64,000 bases of DNA from an uncultured Flavobacteriaceae bacterium. GTDB taxonomy: Bacteria > Bacteroidota > Bacteroidia > Flavobacteriales > Flavobacteriaceae. The notes under the pieces are model-generated. The model did no database searches and was not told where the DNA came from. It was given only the letters and a program-made list of their open reading frames with translations. Position 1 is the first letter of the stretch; each line of letters opens with the position of its first letter. The stretch lies in NCBI GenBank assembly GCA_947501845.1, contig CANMXP010000007.1:151381-215380 (forward strand), written 5' to 3'. This document shows, one piece after another, positions 60,249 through 64,000 of the stretch. Made by a program: the position numbers and the translations under genes.

Positions 60249-62759
60249 ATGAATGATTTTTTTAAAAGAATGTTTGGGCATCAAGCCAAAGAAACCCAAA
60301 AAGAAACATCAGTTAATAAGGAAGTACAATTATTCATAAATGACTTTGTTAATGAGTCTATAGAGACAAAAGAAGGTTACGCAATAAAACTAAGCGGTCT
60401 TGAACATTATAAATCTCTTAAAACAAAACCTATTGACTTTAAAAAGGATGTTATTCACCTTTTAATTTACTATAAAAATATTGGATATCAAGGCATCAAT
60501 CACATATGGTCTAAAGAATCATATTTTGTGAAAGATGTATTTTCTAAACTATTAAGTTTATTAATGCGTTCATCAGCTTTAAGTTTTAATGAAGATGAAT
60601 TGCTGAAATTAAGCATAGAACTTTCTGCAAAGAAGAGTAGTTATTTTCACACACCTGAATGGCCAATCATCCCTTTTTTAAGCAGAGTAGAAAAACTGGC
60701 AAAAGATTCTACACTTACTCCTAAGCTAAAAGAAAGCCTTAATCATATTCAAAAGCTAATTTCTAATCAAAGATATGTTTATGCTGACGAGACTAAAGTT
60801 TTAAATAGAATTAAGCTTATTAAAGAAGGTCCAAAACAGTTTTCTATTAGTAGCAGTGATAAACTAGGTAAAGCTATTTTAAATACCACAAAAGCATTTA
60901 AAGATGAAAAGGAAGAAGCATTTATTTCATTATTGAACCATTTTTCAAAAGGAAGAGAAAAAAGTACACCAACAAAGGCTTGGTTTAAAGACTGTAATAG
61001 TAAAATAGAATTAATTGGGAAAGAATTCTTGGTAACCAGTTTTATATCATGGATTGGTTTGATAATACAAGTGCTAAAGGAAATCCATAAAGATAAATCT
61101 TATGAGTTTACATTTGCTTCCGATGAAAATATTCAATTGCTAAGATCATCTATTTGGATGAGTTCTGTATTGAATGATAATAACTTAAATCAAACAGTAG
61201 AAGACTTAGGCTTGTGGAGTTTTAAAAAATTGTCAGGTCACGGTGCCGTTAGTGTAAAATTAGGTAATGCTTGTATTTATGCATTTTCTAAATTACCATA
61301 TAAGGATGGGGTTTCAAGGTTGACGAAGTTTAGAATGAAAATTAAATACCCTTCTGTACAATCACTAATCACTAAGGCTATTGTTAGAGTTGCAGAGGCT
61401 GAAGGCAAGACAATGGATGAAATAGAGGAGCTCGCTGTTCAAGATTTTAAATTAAATGATAATTATCAATTAATCAAAGATTTTGGTTCTTATAAAGGAA
61501 TAATAACAATTATAGACAGTAGCACTGTAACCTTATTATGGGAAAATGAAAAAGGAAAACAAATTAAGACTATTCCTAAATACGTAAAAGACAACTTGCC
61601 TACGGAATTAAGGGAATTTAAAAAGCTGATAAAGGATATTCAATCAAATCTCAGCGCACAAAGGAATAGAATAGAAAAAATATTTTTAGGCAAGCGACAA
61701 TGGACATTTTCAGAATGGGAAGAATTATACTTAGAAAATAAATTATTAGCCTTTTTTGGAACAAAACTTATCTGGAATTTTACTGAAAATAATAAGACAA
61801 TAAGTGCCATTTTTCATAATGAAAAATTTGTCGATACTCAAGGGGTTATAAATGTTGATTTCAAGAAATCCTTAGTAGAATTGTGGCATCCTGTAACTGC
61901 TACTATAAAAGAAGTAGAATTATGGAGAGAATGGTTGCTTGAGAACCAAGTGAAACAACCTTTCAAGCAAGCTCACCGAGAAGTATATATAGTTACAGAA
62001 GCTGAAAAGACAACAAATTCTTATTCTAATAGGTATGCAGCGCATATTATTAGGCAACATATTTTTAATGCCTTATGCAGAGAAAGAGGGTGGCGCTATC
62101 AACTTCAAGGACAATGGGATTCTCATAATATTCCAACACTATACATTCCTTCTTGGAAATATAGAATAGAATTTTGGACTGATACCGAAGGTGTATATGA
62201 TTCAGCTAATGACATGGGGATATTTAATTATTTGCAAACTGACCAAGTTCGTTTTTACGATGAGTTTAATCAAGTTAATACGAGTGATGTTCCTGCAATA
62301 GTTTTTTCTGAATCTATGCGAGATGTCGATTTGTTTGTTGGTGTTACAAGTATTGGAGCTGACCCAAATTGGCGAGATGGCGGAGAAGAAAGATTTCATG
62401 GTTATTGGTCTAATTTTTCATTTGGAGAATTGGCTACAAGTGGTTTAGAACGAAAAGCTTTGCTTGAAAATCTAATACCAAAACTTCAAATAAAAGAAGA
62501 ATGCAGTTTTGAGGGAAATTTTCTTGTTGTAAAAGGTAAACTGAGGGTTTATAAAATTCATATGGGGAGTGGTAATATTTTGATGAAACCTAATGATCAA
62601 TATTTGTGTATAGTAGCGGACAGAAAAAAAGAACAAAATGTGTTTTTACCATTTGAAGGAGACTCAACATTATCTACCATATTAAGCAAAGCATTTATGT
62701 TAGCAAACGATGATAAGATTAAGGATAAGACAATAACGAGTCAAATTGAAAGGCGTTAA
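60249..62759 (+). CDS. DUF4132-like large protein (MolR-C-terminal-type domain)
   Basis: ~837 aa from ATG 60249 (ORF track starts at TTG 60234). C-terminal motifs LWHPV…ELWREWLLEN…QPFKQAHREVY resemble the DUF4132 signature. Confidence 0.45.
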   Translation: MNDFFKRMFGHQAKETQKETSVNKEVQLFINDFVNESIETKEGYAIKLSGLEHYKSLKTKPIDFKKDVIHLLIYYKNIGYQGINHIWSKESYFVKDVFSKLLSLLMRSSALSFNEDELLKLSIELSAKKSSYFHTPEWPIIPFLSRVEKLAKDSTLTPKLKESLNHIQKLISNQRYVYADETKVLNRIKLIKEGPKQFSISSSDKLGKAILNTTKAFKDEKEEAFISLLNHFSKGREKSTPTKAWFKDCNSKIELIGKEFLVTSFISWIGLIIQVLKEIHKDKSYEFTFASDENIQLLRSSIWMSSVLNDNNLNQTVEDLGLWSFKKLSGHGAVSVKLGNACIYAFSKLPYKDGVSRLTKFRMKIKYPSVQSLITKAIVRVAEAEGKTMDEIEELAVQDFKLNDNYQLIKDFGSYKGIITIIDSSTVTLLWENEKGKQIKTIPKYVKDNLPTELREFKKLIKDIQSNLSAQRNRIEKIFLGKRQWTFSEWEELYLENKLLAFFGTKLIWNFTENNKTISAIFHNEKFVDTQGVINVDFKKSLVELWHPVTATIKEVELWREWLLENQVKQPFKQAHREVYIVTEAEKTTNSYSNRYAAHIIRQHIFNALCRERGWRYQLQGQWDSHNIPTLYIPSWKYRIEFWTDTEGVYDSANDMGIFNYLQTDQVRFYDEFNQVNTSDVPAIVFSESMRDVDLFVGVTSIGADPNWRDGGEERFHGYWSNFSFGELATSGLERKALLENLIPKLQIKEECSFEGNFLVVKGKLRVYKIHMGSGNILMKPNDQYLCIVADRKKEQNVFLPFEGDSTLSTILSKAFMLANDDKIKDKTITSQIERR

Positions 62760-62776
62760 ACTTAAATTATAAGTAA

Positions 62777-63578
62777 ATGGTAAAAATAGTAGTTCTTTTT
62801 TTGGGAATATTTTTAAGTTGTAATCTAGTTATTTCTCAAACCCAAACAGAACATTGGGAGTCTTATATAGCATCTTATGAAGGTGGAAAACCTGGTTCTA
62901 CTATGGTAAGAATGGATTTAATTAACTCAGCTCCCTTATATAGGATACAATTACGTTTTAGTTTCTGGGATAACTTACGAAAGCGAAAGAGAAGATGGTT
63001 TTCCAAAAGGTGATGAGATATTTAAGTTATTACATAAAATTGGTGATGAATTAGAAACAATTCTTAATAAAAGTGTAGAGTATGTTTTAGTTGGCTCTTT
63101 TATGCACAATTTTGAAAGATTAGAATACTTCTATTTAAAATCAGATGAGGGTATAAAAAAAAAGATTGAGCAATTTTATAAAACCAGCTACCCAAATAAA
63201 AAATACTATTTAAACATTAAAGAAGACAAGCATTGGAAATATTATACAAAGTTCCTTTATCCTAATGAAGAAACCATTAATTATATGGAAGATCAAAAGG
63301 TTTTGGAAGCTCTAAAAAATGCTGGTGACAATTTGACTAAAGCAAGAAAAATTGATCATTGGGCTTATTTTCTTGATAATACTAGTATGCTTTCATTTAA
63401 AAAAGAAGTAATAAAACAAGGGTTCAAAATAGAATCTTCTAGCAAAATTGAAAATAAAAACATGCCTTATAGACTTCATTTTTTCAGAATAGACCATATT
63501 GATATTGATTCTATTTACCCAATCACATCATTATTAAGAAAAATGGCTATTCAACATAATGGAGACTATGATGGCTAG
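62777..63578 (+). pseudogene. Secreted DUF695-like + RraB-like (regulator of RNase activity B family) protein split by one frameshift
   Basis: ORF 62777-63013 (signal peptide, …EHWESYIASYEGGKPGSTMVRMDLINSAPL) continues in the frame of ORF 63102-63578 from ~62922 (…YIGYNYVLVSGITYESEREDGFPKGDEIFKLLHKIGDELETILNKSVEYVLVGSFMHNFERLEYF…DHWAYF…). Confidence 0.4.
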
Positions 63579-64000
63579 GAAACCTCAGTTGAAAAGGATT
63601 AAAATTTAAGATAACAAAATATTGTTTAGGTTTTTTAGTTTTTCTATTAATTGACTTAAATCAAGAATTCACTCAAGAATACAAACAAAAATTTAAAGAT
63701 TATGCTCATCAAATTAAACCAGTGATCTCCGTTATTGTCAACATGAAACATAAAAATGACTGTTCAAAAGCAATAGAAAAGAAAGTGAGGTATGAATGGG
63801 GAAATTATGTTTATGAATACCCCTAAGGAAAATGGACTGAATATTATAAAAATGGAAATATTGCTAATAAAACTATTTTAATAACCACAGAAGGTCTCAT
63901 ATCCCTCAAAGCTGGTAGTATCCAATAAACTGTGTAAACAGAAAATTAGGCGGGTTTTAAAACCCGCCTAATTTTTTTAATTAATTTTAAAACACCGTTT

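Overview
This window looks like a Bacteroidota (Flavobacteriia-like) chromosomal segment with five functional blocks. All calls below are by eye from the sequence and the ORF track; no tool was run.

(1) 1-14.7 kb: a polysaccharide-utilisation-type locus. It has a hybrid two-component sensor (minus strand, running off the window start), SusD, SusC, and two FG-GAP/ASPIC (CRTAC1-like) proteins, one carrying a T9SS C-terminal sorting domain.

(2) 14.7-17.2 kb: a frameshift-decayed enolase-superfamily sugar-acid dehydratase pseudogene next to an intact MFS transporter.

(3) 17.8-26.7 kb: a minus-strand ADP-ribose / NAD recycling island. It encodes a NadV/NAMPT-family phosphoribosyltransferase, a short Prs-family PRPP-synthetase homologue, a NUDIX hydrolase, two different macro domains, an ADP-ribosylglycohydrolase and an MBL-fold hydrolase. 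A sub-operon (adenylosuccinate-synthetase-like protein, vWA protein, coiled-coil protein) sits inside the island without an obvious role.

(4) 26.9-35.2 kb: an NfeD-flotillin operon followed by a 1640-aa protein with a C-terminal AAA+ ATPase.

(5) 35.3-49.3 kb: the most unusual block, a composite RNA-repair island on the minus strand.
- Proteins: two RlaP-type nucleotidyltransferases, an SPFH protein, AlkB, a frameshifted DUF458/YkuK-like gene, a HEPN-like protein, PrfH plus RtcB (the RtcB2-PrfH ribosome-rescue pair), and a second divergent RtcB.
- A dense array of 19 tRNA or tRNA-like genes. Three carry conserved ~50-nt insertions. Two are short-variable-arm tRNAs with Leu-type UAA/UAG anticodons.
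- About 2 kb of ORF-free DNA full of tRNA-like fragments. These are candidate tRNA-mimic / Y-RNA-like ncRNAs.
- A ~55-bp cis-element shared by four promoter regions, and a duplicated ~270-bp intergenic module.

Downstream of the island: an S8 protease, and a WYL-domain regulator upstream of an apparently split TonB-dependent transporter. The barrel protein has no plug. The partner is an alpha-2-macroglobulin-like protein carrying an embedded CarbopepD_reg+plug module. Then a GG-terminal small protein with a DUF4132-like protein, and a frameshifted RraB-like gene.
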